DNA of 64,000 nucleotides from Bugula neritina (Eukaryota; Animalia; Bryozoa): positions 25,853,504-25,917,503 of the forward strand of contig OZ037765.1 of NCBI GenBank assembly GCA_964035545.1, in the 5' to 3' direction. Position 1 is the stretch's first letter, and every line of letters starts with the position of its first letter. Under the pieces are notes generated by a model. It did not search any database, had not been told where the DNA came from, and saw nothing but the letters and a program-made list of their open reading frames with translations. Position numbers and translations under genes: made by a program. Positions 39,601-53,609 of this stretch are shown one piece after another.

Positions 39601-42600
39601 TACAACCACACCAACTACAACTACTACAACTACAACCACACCAACTACTACAGCTACAACCACACCAACTACTACTACTACAACCACACCTACTACAACT
39701 ACTACTACTACAACCACACCAACTACAACAACTATTGACCCAACATTGTGTTTTTCTGCTCCTACCTTTGGGTTATACTCTCAGCATGATGGCGTCGCTG
39801 CGTCTTATGCCACAGGAGATACTGTGGAGTATTCATGTAATACAAATGCTGAAATGTGTGATGACATGGAGTATACTGATGACATAATTCGATCTTCATG
39901 TCAGGGGCTGGACAGCTGGCTTGGAGAGCCAATGAAATGCTGTCTTACATTTGATTGTAAGTTGCATTACCATAGGCCTATTTTGCCAAATATTACAAAT
40001 TTGTCTCATACTCTAGCACTTTCTTCTTTGTTGAAACGTTATAAAAATTCTACTAATCTGTACATCTTGTTGAGTTGGGGACACTTTTATCTATACCCTA
40101 TTGGTTATTATGAAAGAGAGCAAATTACAATATTCCTTATTTATATGGTATGAAAAAATTGAAGCTTTGCAAAGATGAAAAACTGTTGGTATTTTAAGAA
40201 TTTTTCAGGAACATTGCCTTTATTAATTAAAGTATTTCTAATATTCTATTAATTGTATATTGGCTTTTGTATTTTGTTATAAAAGTTCTTATAATTTTTA
40301 AAACTAAATATGATCAAATAATATTAAGCTCACTACTTATGTTTTGAGGCTCCAAGCTGTTTCAACAAAAATTTAGTTGAGTGACTAATATTGCTGTTTC
40401 TCCTACAATGCTATTACTCTGCTACATGATTAAATTTTGAGAGAAAACATAAATTTTCTTTGGTTGTATTTGCTAGTTTGTTTAAAATTTAAATGGAAAG
40501 GTAGTGATAAAAAGCTAGATAGAAATTGTCAGGTTTAGACTTATAAAAAAACTTGCTTTAATACCTCAGCATGCTATTAATAGTACATGACTTTTTTGTA
40601 GTTGAGCCATACAAAGGCTGTTTTACCGTTGATATTACAACTGCTAACATGCCCGGCCACGTTGTTCCAAACTACTTTGAGGGACGTAAACATTGCCACT
40701 CACATGGGGCAGCGTACTCTGGATTCTATGGGAGAAACTCTAACACCGCTGAGATTAGTGTGCTGTGTTTAGACGAAGATGAGCTCACGCTTCTCAGTGA
40801 AACACTAGATTACCAGTGTGACACAATGCAAGATGGATACCTTGTCGGGAATGAGGAAGTTCAGGGTTCTGTGGCGGTTCTGTCGCTCTACCAAACATTT
40901 TGTAAGAATCACAGTATCCACTAGGCTACACTGTATATTAATACTCTATACTATGAAAAATACTTTGTAAGCATAATAATAACAAATTAAAAGTGCAATT
41001 TATCCTTTGTTATTTATATGATGATATGGCTGTAATGTTTTATTAACAAATATGCAAAAGAGTTGTTTTAAATATAATCATTGTTTATAATGTATATGTT
41101 TACAGATGGTGAATATTACCTCAGGGAGTTAAACTCATATATACTAAACTCCGACAGCCACTCATTTGAAAATGCTGCCACAGATGAAAATTGTGCTGAG
41201 TATTGCTCGTTGAGTCATGGAGGTTTAAAGAAGGTCTACTCTATAATATATAATGCATCTGACTGCTACTGCCTTGACACGCGAAATTCAACTGTCACCG
41301 CAGGTAAAATATGCCATTGTCCTTTCTTAATAGTTAATTTCTTAGCGAAATTTTCGGACTTTGAAAAAGAGTTTGTTGAAGTATGGCATGAAGTAGGCTC
41401 TAAAATTGTTTAGTCATATCACAGTTTATAAGCAGCAGCCCTTCTAATTTTGTTTTGTGAGAAATTAAACTTACAATTGGTGCTCAATTTCTTGCTAGTA
41501 CAAGTATTGTTTAATTTGCTTCTACTCACCAGTTTTATTTAATAGCTCTATTATAAGAACAATGTCCTGTTTTTGACACTTTAAAAATATTTCACTAATA
41601 TAGACATATAATTTATGCATTTATATTTTTTTTTTCCATGTGTTGGCTAATTAGTAAATATTTGTATTGTTTTGTTTGTTTATTTAGTCATAGAGATTGC
41701 TTCAGCTGAGTATGGTGGTGTAGATTGCAATGCAAACAGTGTTAGCTGTTCTCTCTTCCCTGATGCTACAGGTATATTTATTACAATATATTTCTGGTTA
41801 TATTATGCCTGCTATCCTTTTTTTAAACTTGTTTCATAAAAGAAATTGTGAGAATGAAGAATAGATTCTCTGTTTATGGAAATATGAAATGAGAGTCTTT
41901 CCATAACTAGGCCTGCCTAAGTTGCTCAGCAATTCTGCATCAAAACCCGACTATTTCTGGAGTCATTGGGTTTTTCTTGTTTAGATTTTTATTTATATAA
42001 ATGTAATGTAATATATATAGCTAACACACCTAAAAATAGTTTCAAAGTGTTGTAATATAAGTGTGATCACCATGATTGTCAGAGCTACATGTAGTTGCTA
42101 TTCATGTTGACAGTCTGAGCTTTTGCTGATTTGAATAGTTTTTTATTAATCTTACTTGCTAAAGTAATTGATTCAATCCTAACTTGCTCAAAAAATGGAC
42201 TGTTTGAAATGTTTTGTTTAAGGCGTGATTTAACCGGTAACACGACTTTTCGAAAATGCAAAATGGTAAATGGACAGTTTGATTAAGCTTATGTATTTCA
42301 GATGCATGACGTTAAGCTAGCCTTCTTAAAGACATTGGAATATTGATTTTCTATAAGTTTATTTATTTACAAAAATTAGGTTATTTTTTATCGTGAGGAA
42401 TTGTGTGAGCTTAAATTTCCTTTTTCAGAGTTTGCTAATTCGTATCCTAATGGATCTAGCTGCTTTGACTTGTTTGAAAGTCACGATAGACTAATGCATG
42501 GATACTACAAACTGGGAGATGGATGGATTAAGTGTCACTTTTATGGTAAGTAATTTAATTTAATAAATGAAACTTGATAATAATTTTAAAATTCTGATTT

Positions 42601-43054
42601 CTGCTGGTTTTCTCTGTTTCATATATAATGTAATATCAAAGCTAATGAAACTCACAGGAGCTTAAAATTTTTTGTAAATCAAAAAAGTAATGAGCCAAGT
42701 ACTCAGTAACAAGCATCAATGTTGCATAATTATTTTTATCTCCTTTTTGTTGTGCAGATGTGACTTACTATTCATAACTTGATTTCACTACTTCTAGATG
42801 GCACTTATTGTGAGCAGAACTGGATAGGATTTAATGGACTGTGCTATGCTTTCACCACCGAGCAAGGAGATTTTCGAGCGCAAGAGCATAAATGTGCTGA
42901 GATGGATGCTAATTTAGTTACAATCACTGATAGTCATCATTCCTCCTATGTGGATAAGTGGACCACAGACTTTCTTACACTCATCTTTCCAAGTATGTTT
43001 CCACTGCTGAAAATTTGATTACTGTGTCATAGGCACTCTAGCGTGGTTTTACTC

Positions 43055-43146
<92 letters not shown>

Positions 43147-43643
43147 GTATACGAGAAACATTGTTATTTATTACTTTATTAGGTAAAGTAATTACCCTGA
43201 TATTTCGGGTACCACTGTACCCATCTTCAGAGTAGCAATGAATGAAATTCAAAAATTATTATGTTATGTTAGACGTTATGCATGACACAAAGAATAGAGA
43301 GTGGCAGTTATTGTAAATTATTGAAACTTAAGGGAGATAATCTTGTTTTATATATTACGCAGGTCAAAAATTATACTGATTTTTTTGCATAAAAAATAAA
43401 TTAGAGTTGACAAAAAAAATAGATAACCAAATATAAAAACAGCAAGAATTAGTGAAACTATGTGAGAGTTGAGTAGTGTGGAGCTATTGATATAGTTTTA
43501 GTGGTATGGAGTAATTTTGTTTATTGAGTTGCGGTTTTATTTGTTTAATGTAGAGAGCTTCGGCTACTTTTCGATGGTGGATTCCTTTAAATGAATGATT
43601 TAAAACTGTTACATTGTCTATTGATATGTTTCCATGATTAGTA

Positions 43644-43710
<67 letters not shown>

Positions 43711-46700
43711 GTAGTGTGTTCAGATTGTTAATGATACATATATATTTTATTTAAAAAATCTTACACGACTATATAGTTTCGAGCACTTTACTTTGCTGGA
43801 ACTCCAACTAGATTGACAATCAGCATACATTATATATATATATATATATATATATAGTAAATAATACTAATAATATAGAATAGAGATCGGTTTTCGGGAG
43901 TAAATTTTGAACATTGTTTCTCAGGTGCATGTTTTGCTAAGTAATTTTTGATTTGCTTTCAGTTTACACCCGCAGGGCACATTTGATACAGTAGTTTCAA
44001 TGCTACTCAATGTTTCACAACCGCTTGTTGCATCATGAAAGAAGCTTATTTTATTTGTTATACAAGCACCACGCTCACACTTATACATGTTGTTTTACTA
44101 CTGTGTTTTAGAACTTGCCATTTCTGGTTCTTCACTTTATATTGGTGGATATCAGCCTATGATTTTTGGTGATACAACAGAGTTTAAATGGCTGGATGGC
44201 TCCATTAATCACGAAACGCCATTTAAACGATATTCTGGATATCCAGTCCTTGATGCTTCAAGGAGATGTTTAGCTATCAAGTTCTACCAGAATATAGCGT
44301 TTACTACCAATGAACACTGCAACATCACCACCAACTATGGAGTGTGTCAGAAAATGTCAAGTATGCATAGCATTTTGATTGGACAAAATTGAATCACTGC
44401 ATGAATCTAGTTTCTTCTTTGAAAAATTATTTTATTTTGTTCAAAAACATGTCAATTATATTTACACTACAAACTTGCTTATGCTTGTATGTATATCAAG
44501 ACTCTACTTCAGTATTTTGCAATGCAAGCTGTTGCAGTAAATTGCTTCAGGTCTGAAACTATTCCAGTTCACAAATTGTAGGCTCTGCATAGAATATTTC
44601 AGAAAAGCGTTTCTGTGATATAATGAAATGGATTTGTTTGAAAATCTTATAATAAAATGATTATTTGTAGTTGTGTTGGATGGTGTCAGGTCTCATGGGT
44701 GTTGGGGACTAAACAGCACCAATACCAGACTACATGGTCCTACTATGACACCTCTAAGCTTGAGTGTTTCTTCTCCCAAAGAGTGTCTTTCAGCTTTAAC
44801 AAGGTAGATGATCTTTGCTAATACTTCTGTTATAACTTTCGATAAAACCACTAATAGTTTCACTGCTACTCGTACAATATTGCTTATAGGCACTACCTAT
44901 ATTTCTACAGCTTTTGTTTTGATCACAATTCTTTGTTTTACTGTTTCGACATATATGTAGTATTAAATTTGTGTAACTAGAAATATGATTTAAGATATTT
45001 TGTTACTTTCTATTTAGCGAAGATATGTTATTTGGAGTGCAGCAGTCAGTGTGTCACGCTAACAGTACTGCACACACGAGGTACGTGGTTGGCCGGCCAA
45101 GTAAGACTTGTGTCAGCGGTATGGGGTCAGCAGACGCGTTTAACATTTACGTGGATGGCTCCACTCCTAGAGGTATCATTTCAGCATACTTGAATATAAT
45201 CTACCTGGAAAGATAATAAAGTCATAGCTTCAATTTATTCTTCTTTATTTGGTAATAGTTATTTGTACTGCAATTGGTTATAAATTATATTACTGATTCA
45301 TATAGTGTCACTTAGTCATTTCTGACATTTTTTGTGACAGCATCAAGTTTTAAGAGAGCTGCTCAGACAGATAGAAACACTTAGCACGATACTAAGTGCT
45401 AAGTGTGGGTGGTGGTTTGAACCCTATCAAGGTTCTTGGTAACTTTGTAAAATGGGCATCCAGTCAAAATTGCTTCTCCATTTCTTTTAAACCTTCAACA
45501 AATGCTGCCGGTGTGACTGGAGGTGATAAGAAGCCCTGAAAATAATATTAATGCCAGATTCGTATTGACATTTTGATAATGTAGGCCTGTAGAGGTTTCA
45601 GTTTCTCTCTGGTGTAAGTGTTATGAGAACTCACAACATTTTGCATCTATGAAAATGTTTCAAGATAGGATCTATTTTGTATTGCAGGCTACATAGGTTG
45701 TTATCCATCTAATGGAGTAGATGGGGAACTAAAGTTTACTTCTAACATTATGACTCTTCAAGCCTGTATTGAAGGGTGCTTTGGGACCCCTGTTACAGCT
45801 TATCAATATAAATTTGCTGCAGTTAACAACGACACCTGTCATTGTTATGCTGACATTTTTTCATCAGGTAAGAATTTTTCATTCAATTATTCCCCATCAA
45901 ACATGTTTAATTTTTGATGGAACTATTTTATAGAGCCGGTTATAATAAAGATAGTACATACGTACCAAGTATTCAGGTTACAGTAACTGATAATATCTAA
46001 CAAAGATTGAGGGCGTCTTTTTCTTCTTATGTTTGGAGGTATTATGCCATAGTTTGTCCTTCCATTATATATTAGATGTTGTGAACTTTTTACAATGCAT
46101 AAGCATTTCACTGCTGGTGTATGAATTTTCAACCGGTATGTGTGACAGCTAACAATAAGCTATGTTAACATCCAAATTATTGGGGAATCGTGTACAAATA
46201 TAGATTTTTTTTTGCTCTGTAGTCTTGTAGTTTACTTTAAAGCAGTTTGCTTCTAATAACCAGGCTTTGTGAAATGGATGGCTACAGTATTTACCAAAAG
46301 ACTGATACTGGATTGTTTTAATTATATTGCGTTGCAGCTGTGGAGCTGTTTGGTTTTTGCTGCATTCAAACTCGCATCACTTCATTGTTTTTAAGTTGCA
46401 CCATTGAGAAATTATATAAGTTTCCTTGATTTGTTATTAATCATTGTTTTATGTTCTCTGTTTCAGTAAAGCCATCTTATAATGACAATTGTACACCCTA
46501 TTTGTTTAACACGCTGGCCAATTGGTTTTTGTGCCATTTTCTGACCTTCTTTATGAAAGCATTTTCATCACTGCTATTGATTTTCAATACATTGGTTCAA
46601 TACAATAAGATTTGTCTAGATACCTTTTGTCTTTGTTAATTCATGCTAACACATTCACACCTTTTATTTGATTTATGTTTATTCTCAACGTTGTAAGACT

Positions 46701-49700
46701 TCTTATCTGAAGTGATGCTTTGTCAATGATAATTGTAATAATATTTTTAAAAGGGAAAACACAGCTCTATGTCACAATAGAATGCTATCTGTGTAATCAA
46801 TTGGTATTATCATTCCGTCATGTTTTTTGCATGAATATTGAAATACATTTATGAAATAGCTTGCTGGAACTTTACATTCTTTTGCACACAGAATTGTATA
46901 ATATTTACTTAAACATTTTTACTTTGCCAGACGTCCCAATTAATTCTATTAGTCTGGTATTGGAAATTTTAGCCGTAGACCAGAATCTAAGGGAATCGAT
47001 GGTATCGTGTGACCTCCCTTGTCCTGGTAATGAAATGCAGAGATGTGGAAAGACTTCTAATACTTTATACTTGAATGTCTACTCTGCTGGTGAGATGTGG
47101 CTATATGTGCACATCAAATCAGTGTGGAAAATAATTTTCATGTATTTAGAATGTCACAATGCAAAAAAATCTGTTTAGGCACAATAGGTTTTGTTTTTTT
47201 ATTATAAATCAAAATGGCTTAAATAGCCAAATTAATGGTCATTAATCTTTTAAATTGTTTTAAATTATTGAAAATAATACTAAAACTTGCTGCATGCACA
47301 TTGACATTAAAATGTGACCTTTTTATTATCAATTATTTTTTAAGCTTTTGCCAACACTTCCATTATTTATATACAACACAAATCAATTCATTTTTAGTCA
47401 AGTTTTATCCAAACTTGTGGACCTGCACAGATGTAGCAGTTAACTTCCTTCCAGTCATAACCAACGTTGCTTATAGAATGAGATATGGGTGGTTCTGGTA
47501 TTGGACCACAACTACGTTGTATCGCAGTTACTGCCCTAGCACTGGTGAGCATCTGCACTCCATCAACTGTTCTTCAATTAGTTAAACTCATAAGGTGATA
47601 TAAAAGTATAAATGTGCGTTTGTTTGTGTGTTTAGTGTGTATGTGCTGTGTGTGATTTGTGTTATGTATGCTGTGCATGTGTTGTGCATGTGTGTGTGTG
47701 TGAGGTTGTGTTGTGGGTTTGATATTAACTTCAACTCTGCCCTTTACTGATTTGCATAGATGCATTTTATTATTATTTGCATTTAAACTTGTTTATTTGC
47801 AAAGACATGCAATTCACTAGATTTTCTGTTTTGGGGTTTAATTTTGTATGTCTGTTGTGTTGTCAGATATAACTTTGAGTCCAGCATTATTTTAAAAAGG
47901 AAACCAACCTTATCGAAATATGTTTAGAGACAGTAGCTGATAATAATTGGCTTTCTTAATAGACTCCATTTTCAAGAGCAACTCTCTACAAAAACACAAC
48001 TCATGTGGGTTTATAGTTGCTATCCCTGTTAGAAATAGCCTGTAAGCAGGCTGAGGACTTGTTTTTTCTTGTGGCAAAGGAAAAATTATGGTTGAATGCC
48101 CTTCCTAGCATCATCATTGACCTTTACTAGGATTCGAACCACTGACCTTGTGTTTACTAAACCAGTGCTCTAACCCCTAGACCACCAATGCTGCCAAAAA
48201 GCAGCTCTCTACAAATTTGTATGTACTTTATATTTTGACAGTTGTTACTCACAGTGATGAAAACTGCCCAACTAGCTGGTTACGGATTTATGATAGGTGC
48301 TTCAAGGTAATTCCTACATCACACTATCACCATAGAGATGCTCTGGATACTTGCAGGTCGTATGGTGGTGACCTGTATAGACCTGGCACCGAGCTTACTG
48401 AGCTTCTCCGGGTTATTCAGATGACATCATACAGATGGACGTAAGTCTGTTTCTTGTGTCTCCTTATCTTAACCATCACATGTACTTATAATTAGTGCAC
48501 AGAAATATATGAACTCCTTGTAAACAAACTTAATTTTAAAGCGAGATGTATTATACTGTACTCATTGCATAAGTCATGTACCAATGATATACCATCATTA
48601 TAGCTTTAGATTAGATGATTTAAACTTGATTGCATCATATATTCAATATTTTAGACTGCTTTAGCCTTTACGAGTCTTTTTTTATAGTGTAATTAGCTAA
48701 CAGTTTTTACAATGGAGAGCCACCTAATTCCTGCTGCCATTCGTAAATATGTTTGCTATTTGATTTGACATTAAAATAAAATAAGAAAACTCTTTGAGAA
48801 ATAAAAGTTTATTTGAAAACATACAAGCCTATAAAAATAATTAAATGCTTGTAATGTATTTTTGTTGTTTCCATTGTAAACTTCATGTTTTTATTGAGGA
48901 AGAAATGTTTCAGTACTTCTTGACCTAATTATTTTATTTTGTAGTTCATAAACTATCCACTTTTCTATTAAAATTTTACAGTTACAGATTTTCTGTTGGA
49001 GTCAGCAGAGTTTCCAACACAACAGATGAGTTCTTCTGGTCAGACGGATCTCTCACCACCTGGACGCTGTATGACAAGTTTAATACCGGTGATGACTTGC
49101 TGTATGGGACTCTTTCCAGCAATGACTGCTTTCATACCACTGTTGTTTACAAGGAGTTTCTAAACAGTCTTGGCTGCTCATATAACTCTGCTGGCTTCAT
49201 ATGTAGCATGCAGTCATTAGGTGAGCTCATAGCAATATAACAATTAAATGAGAAAACAATATGTTTCCTGTTATTTTTGTGTCGTCTAGTTGTGAAATTT
49301 TTATGCGATTCTTGCATTATAGACCAGCCACAAATATACCAAGGATGTGCCGACATGCAAGCTCAATCGGCTTCAAGCTCCGATGTATTTACACAGCATT
49401 CTGGGATGACATCCACTTATTGCGGACAGTATTGTCTCACGGCAGGCACTCGATATTCTGCTGTTCAAGGTATTGAGTTTTAGTAGAGAAACTTATTTTT
49501 CAGGCACTGTTTTAAAAAGTGAATAAAAATAATATTGGAAAGAATTAACACCAGCAAGTATTTTAATGTTTTATCAAATGGGGGAATAATGATGTTATCT
49601 TCTGTTTTTTGTGCACCATTTACTTTTTAATCCAACTTTCTTGTTTTTTTTCTGTAGATCAAACTTGTCAGTGTATTGATGATATCAACTCATTAACAAT

Positions 49701-52700
49701 GGTCGACAGAGTTGAATTCTGTGGAGACAGTTGCAGTGGCTCACTTCACCAGGACTGTGGTGGTGCTCTCCATTCCAGCATATATTCTGTTGGTGAGTTC
49801 TCTTGTCATCCTGCCAACTCTGTTCTCATGTTCTGGGCTGATTGTCAAACACAATACATTGTCGCAGGTTAACATCAGTTGTTTACATTTTCAGACTATT
49901 TCCCTGCCGAGTCTTGCCTGGCCCTGTACTACAGTGGACACTGGGACAATAGCCAGTATATCCTAAACCCAGGTCTTAAATATGGGGTAACTCAGGAGGC
50001 TACAGAGACATGTGTTATGTCAGGTATGTTTCTTCACTTTATTTTGAAAATTTTAATTACTTTTAAATTACAAAATCATTTGGGATTTAATTTTTTTAAA
50101 TTAAAAACATAATTTTTAACTTGAATAATATATGTGCTATATTACTTATTTAATTATACTGCGTAACGTTTGAAATAAAAGCTCAGCTGTTAAGTGAACA
50201 TCGTCTTCTGAATACATTGTATAGACAACTCTGATGGATGCGAGAGTGGATGGATTGGTTTTATGAATCGATGTTACTATTTCTCTCAAGACGCCGTGAC
50301 CTTCGATGAAGCATATAACTACTGCCTCTCTAGGAATTCTCTCATTGTCTCCATTTCCCACAACTCATCTGAAGCTACCTTTATTGAGAAAAGCATCAAG
50401 AGTAATTATTATTATTGTTCTGTTTTTATAAGCATGTTTATGTACAATATTGAGCATCAAAGTTTCATAAAAAATATAGGGTAATTGCTTATTTATGTTA
50501 AAACTTCAATATAGCCATAAATATTGATTTTTCTGCGCTGCTGCAAATGTTTTTCTATTGTAATGATTTTTTCATTTTTTGTATGAAATTGCCAATTGAT
50601 GTAGCAAAGGCTTTATTTGCTTCTATCACAACATTTAGGTAGAAGTGAGTTTCGTTCCACAGAGAACTTTTATGTTGGTCTTTACCGAATGGATGAAGGT
50701 AACTATGCAAGTTCAGGGTTTGCATGGGTTGACTCCGGCACCAACAGCTTTAGACGATACTCTGCATCCTGGGATCATAACTATGCTTCCAGGAGTTGTG
50801 TTGTCATGGTACGATCAGACAACTATGCCTGGACTAATGTTGAATGCGATACAAATGCAAGCTTTATATGTCGATCGGATCCCATTGGTAAGTATAGTTA
50901 TAGTTCTATGTATATTATATAAATGCAGTAATTCTGAGCTTATTATACATTGATGTGAAACTAACATATTTGTCAAAAAGAATGGATAAAAAGTCTAAAG
51001 AATAGCATTATGCTTTTAAAGTTTCTCTTCAGTTCAGTTGTTGAGCAGCACCATAATCTTTTGCCTTTTAAAATTTTAGATAATTTATTATCTTTACTTT
51101 TTTTAAGTATATCAACAATCCCTTGATTGATGGTTTGGTATAACATATTTTAACAATTATCAGATGAAATGAAGTGTTCTGTCCCACCATCATCAGCTGA
51201 AGCTGGGGTAAACTTCAATTACCATCGGCTGAGTAACACTTTGTGTCGAGAGATCTGCCAGGGAGAAGGTTACGACTACGCAGTGACACAGGCAGATAAC
51301 TGTCAATGTCACAACGCTTCATCTGTTGTTGGGTTGAGTCACGTGAACCTCGCTGAGTGCAATATTCTCTGTGCTACTCACAAGTATCAGCAGTGTGGTG
51401 GCACTAGTAAAGCAATGGTAATCCATAGCGGTGAGTAAACTAACCAACTAACATGTTTGTTACTGCTAACCAACTAGCTGCTTGATACCAAGGTGCAGTA
51501 TCTGTAGGTCTTGTTGCTTGTAGCATAGTTTGGGCTCAGTGGCACCTTTTAAGGCATAGGTATAGTTATGTTATGACAGTTTTCTATCATTTGTGATAAA
51601 AGAATTTAGTGTGGCTTGCTTATCTGTTTCAAACCAAAATGGCAGTTTTAAACTGTTTGTATTTGATCTTTAATGCATTAAACTTACAGATCCTTCATTT
51701 TTGTTGATTTTATTAAAGGTTCTGCTTGTCCTTATGGTTGGACGTTGTTTGATGACAAATGTTTCAAGATGTTTTCTGGACTGGCTGTAAACTTTTGGCA
51801 TGCAAAGGAATATTGTAGTCATTTTTCTTATGGTATTCTGTATGAAGCAAACAAGTTCTCTGGAATTTCACTCACCGACCTTTGGTAAGCATAAATCAGC
51901 CATTTACATATTATCCCACAGAAAACTATAGTAGCACCAATGTTCATGTATTTAACTATGTATACGAGCTAGATTAAGCTTAAAAATCCAGCATTGAACT
52001 ATAGTGACAAGCAAGGTTAATATCAGTTATAAATGTTGAACTAACTTTAGGTCTATCGATGATCCGCCATTGGCTTGGATCAATGCTTTTCGGACTACGC
52101 AGACGACTAGTTATTTTCGGTCAACTGAGAGCTCTGCGACGCTCACAAACACCAACTTTCCTGGCGGTACAAGTTTCACTTCTACATCAGAGCAATGTGT
52201 TGGTATTGACAAGTCTGGTGCGTGGACACTGCATGACTGTCAGCTCAATCTTACGGCTGTGATTTGTCAACAGAACCGTGGTACGTATCTGGATATTGCT
52301 TCTATAACTATTACTATCTAGTAATGCTAATATCACATTTATATCCAAGGTTTTCGATTAAGTCTTGTAAACTTTGCTATACACAGTTTTCCAACAGTAA
52401 GTTTGAGAGTTACTGATTCTACTATAATCACGATACATTTAAATAACACCCCCTTACTCTTCTCTACCCATATTATGCTCTCCTCTCCCCCCAATACTCT
52501 CATTTTTAAGTTAAGGAAATTTCACAATTTTTATGGTGGTTGGCAAAATGCTAGCTATTGGAATACATTTAGGCACTGGTTTGTAAGAAATAGGTTCATA
52601 GTATCGGAATCTGCTCTAGCTTACTTATTTTTAAATTATTATGTGATGTTGTAGGACCAATTAAGAAAGCTGCTACATCTCATGACGATATCACGATATA

Positions 52701-53550
52701 CACTGGGTTACCAGAAAAGTACTTATTGTATACCCACAGTCATGAGCATGTCACAAACCTCACTGAAGTTGGAATAGTTGGTGAGCATAATCAAGTTTAC
52801 TTTAGTCTAACAAATGTACTATCTCCTGCCTGCAAATGTGCTATATAGTGTCAGCTAGTTTTACCTTGTCAAAATTTTGCCATATTGCGATTATGTATTA
52901 TATTTTGCTACATAATATAGAATAATGAGAAAGCAACACTTCTCTACTTTTTGTTGCCTAGTAGACAAGGGCTTTCCTACACTGCTAAGTAGGTTAATGC
53001 TGCTATGTTGTTTATTAGTTTAACTACATTGTTGATTTTTTGTAGATTATTCTAGTGGGAATAAGTGTGAAGATGGACCTGATTGGCTGTGGAGTAATGG
53101 AAGTTGTCTTCTTTTGAGAGCATGCAACTCTCCTGCCCACTGTCTGTCCGCATGTCAAGAGATAGGCGTGCCCCGCGCTGTAATACGCTCTCTTGAGCAG
53201 GACACATTCACCAGTGATATGCTGCAATACTATCAACCTTTTCACCATGTCGCCTCAACATACCAGTCTGATGCAAAGTGGAGCATATTTGGTGGGTACC
53301 TCTTTGTTTATTGCTACGATTACTGTTATGTTAAATACGCATTGTTTAAATTTGATAAAATGGTAATCTTGCAAACAAGATGAGGTAGAATAAGTAATAA
53401 GAATTAAGTTTAATAAATTGACAAGACATGTATGAATTTAACTTCTTATCTTATTTGTGACTTTGTCAAAGTACTTAATACTACTTACCTACGTGTAGTT
53501 CTACTATTATTAGTTTTTTTTTTACTTGAAATATTTGTATGCTTTCTTGT

Positions 53551-53609
<59 letters not shown>

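Noticed and set aside
39517-39717. Poly-Val ORF on the minus strand
   Set aside because: Antisense shadow of the Thr-rich coding repeat.
48118-48192. tRNA gene
   Set aside because: A and B boxes are present but acceptor and anticodon stems do not pair; treated as a SINE head.
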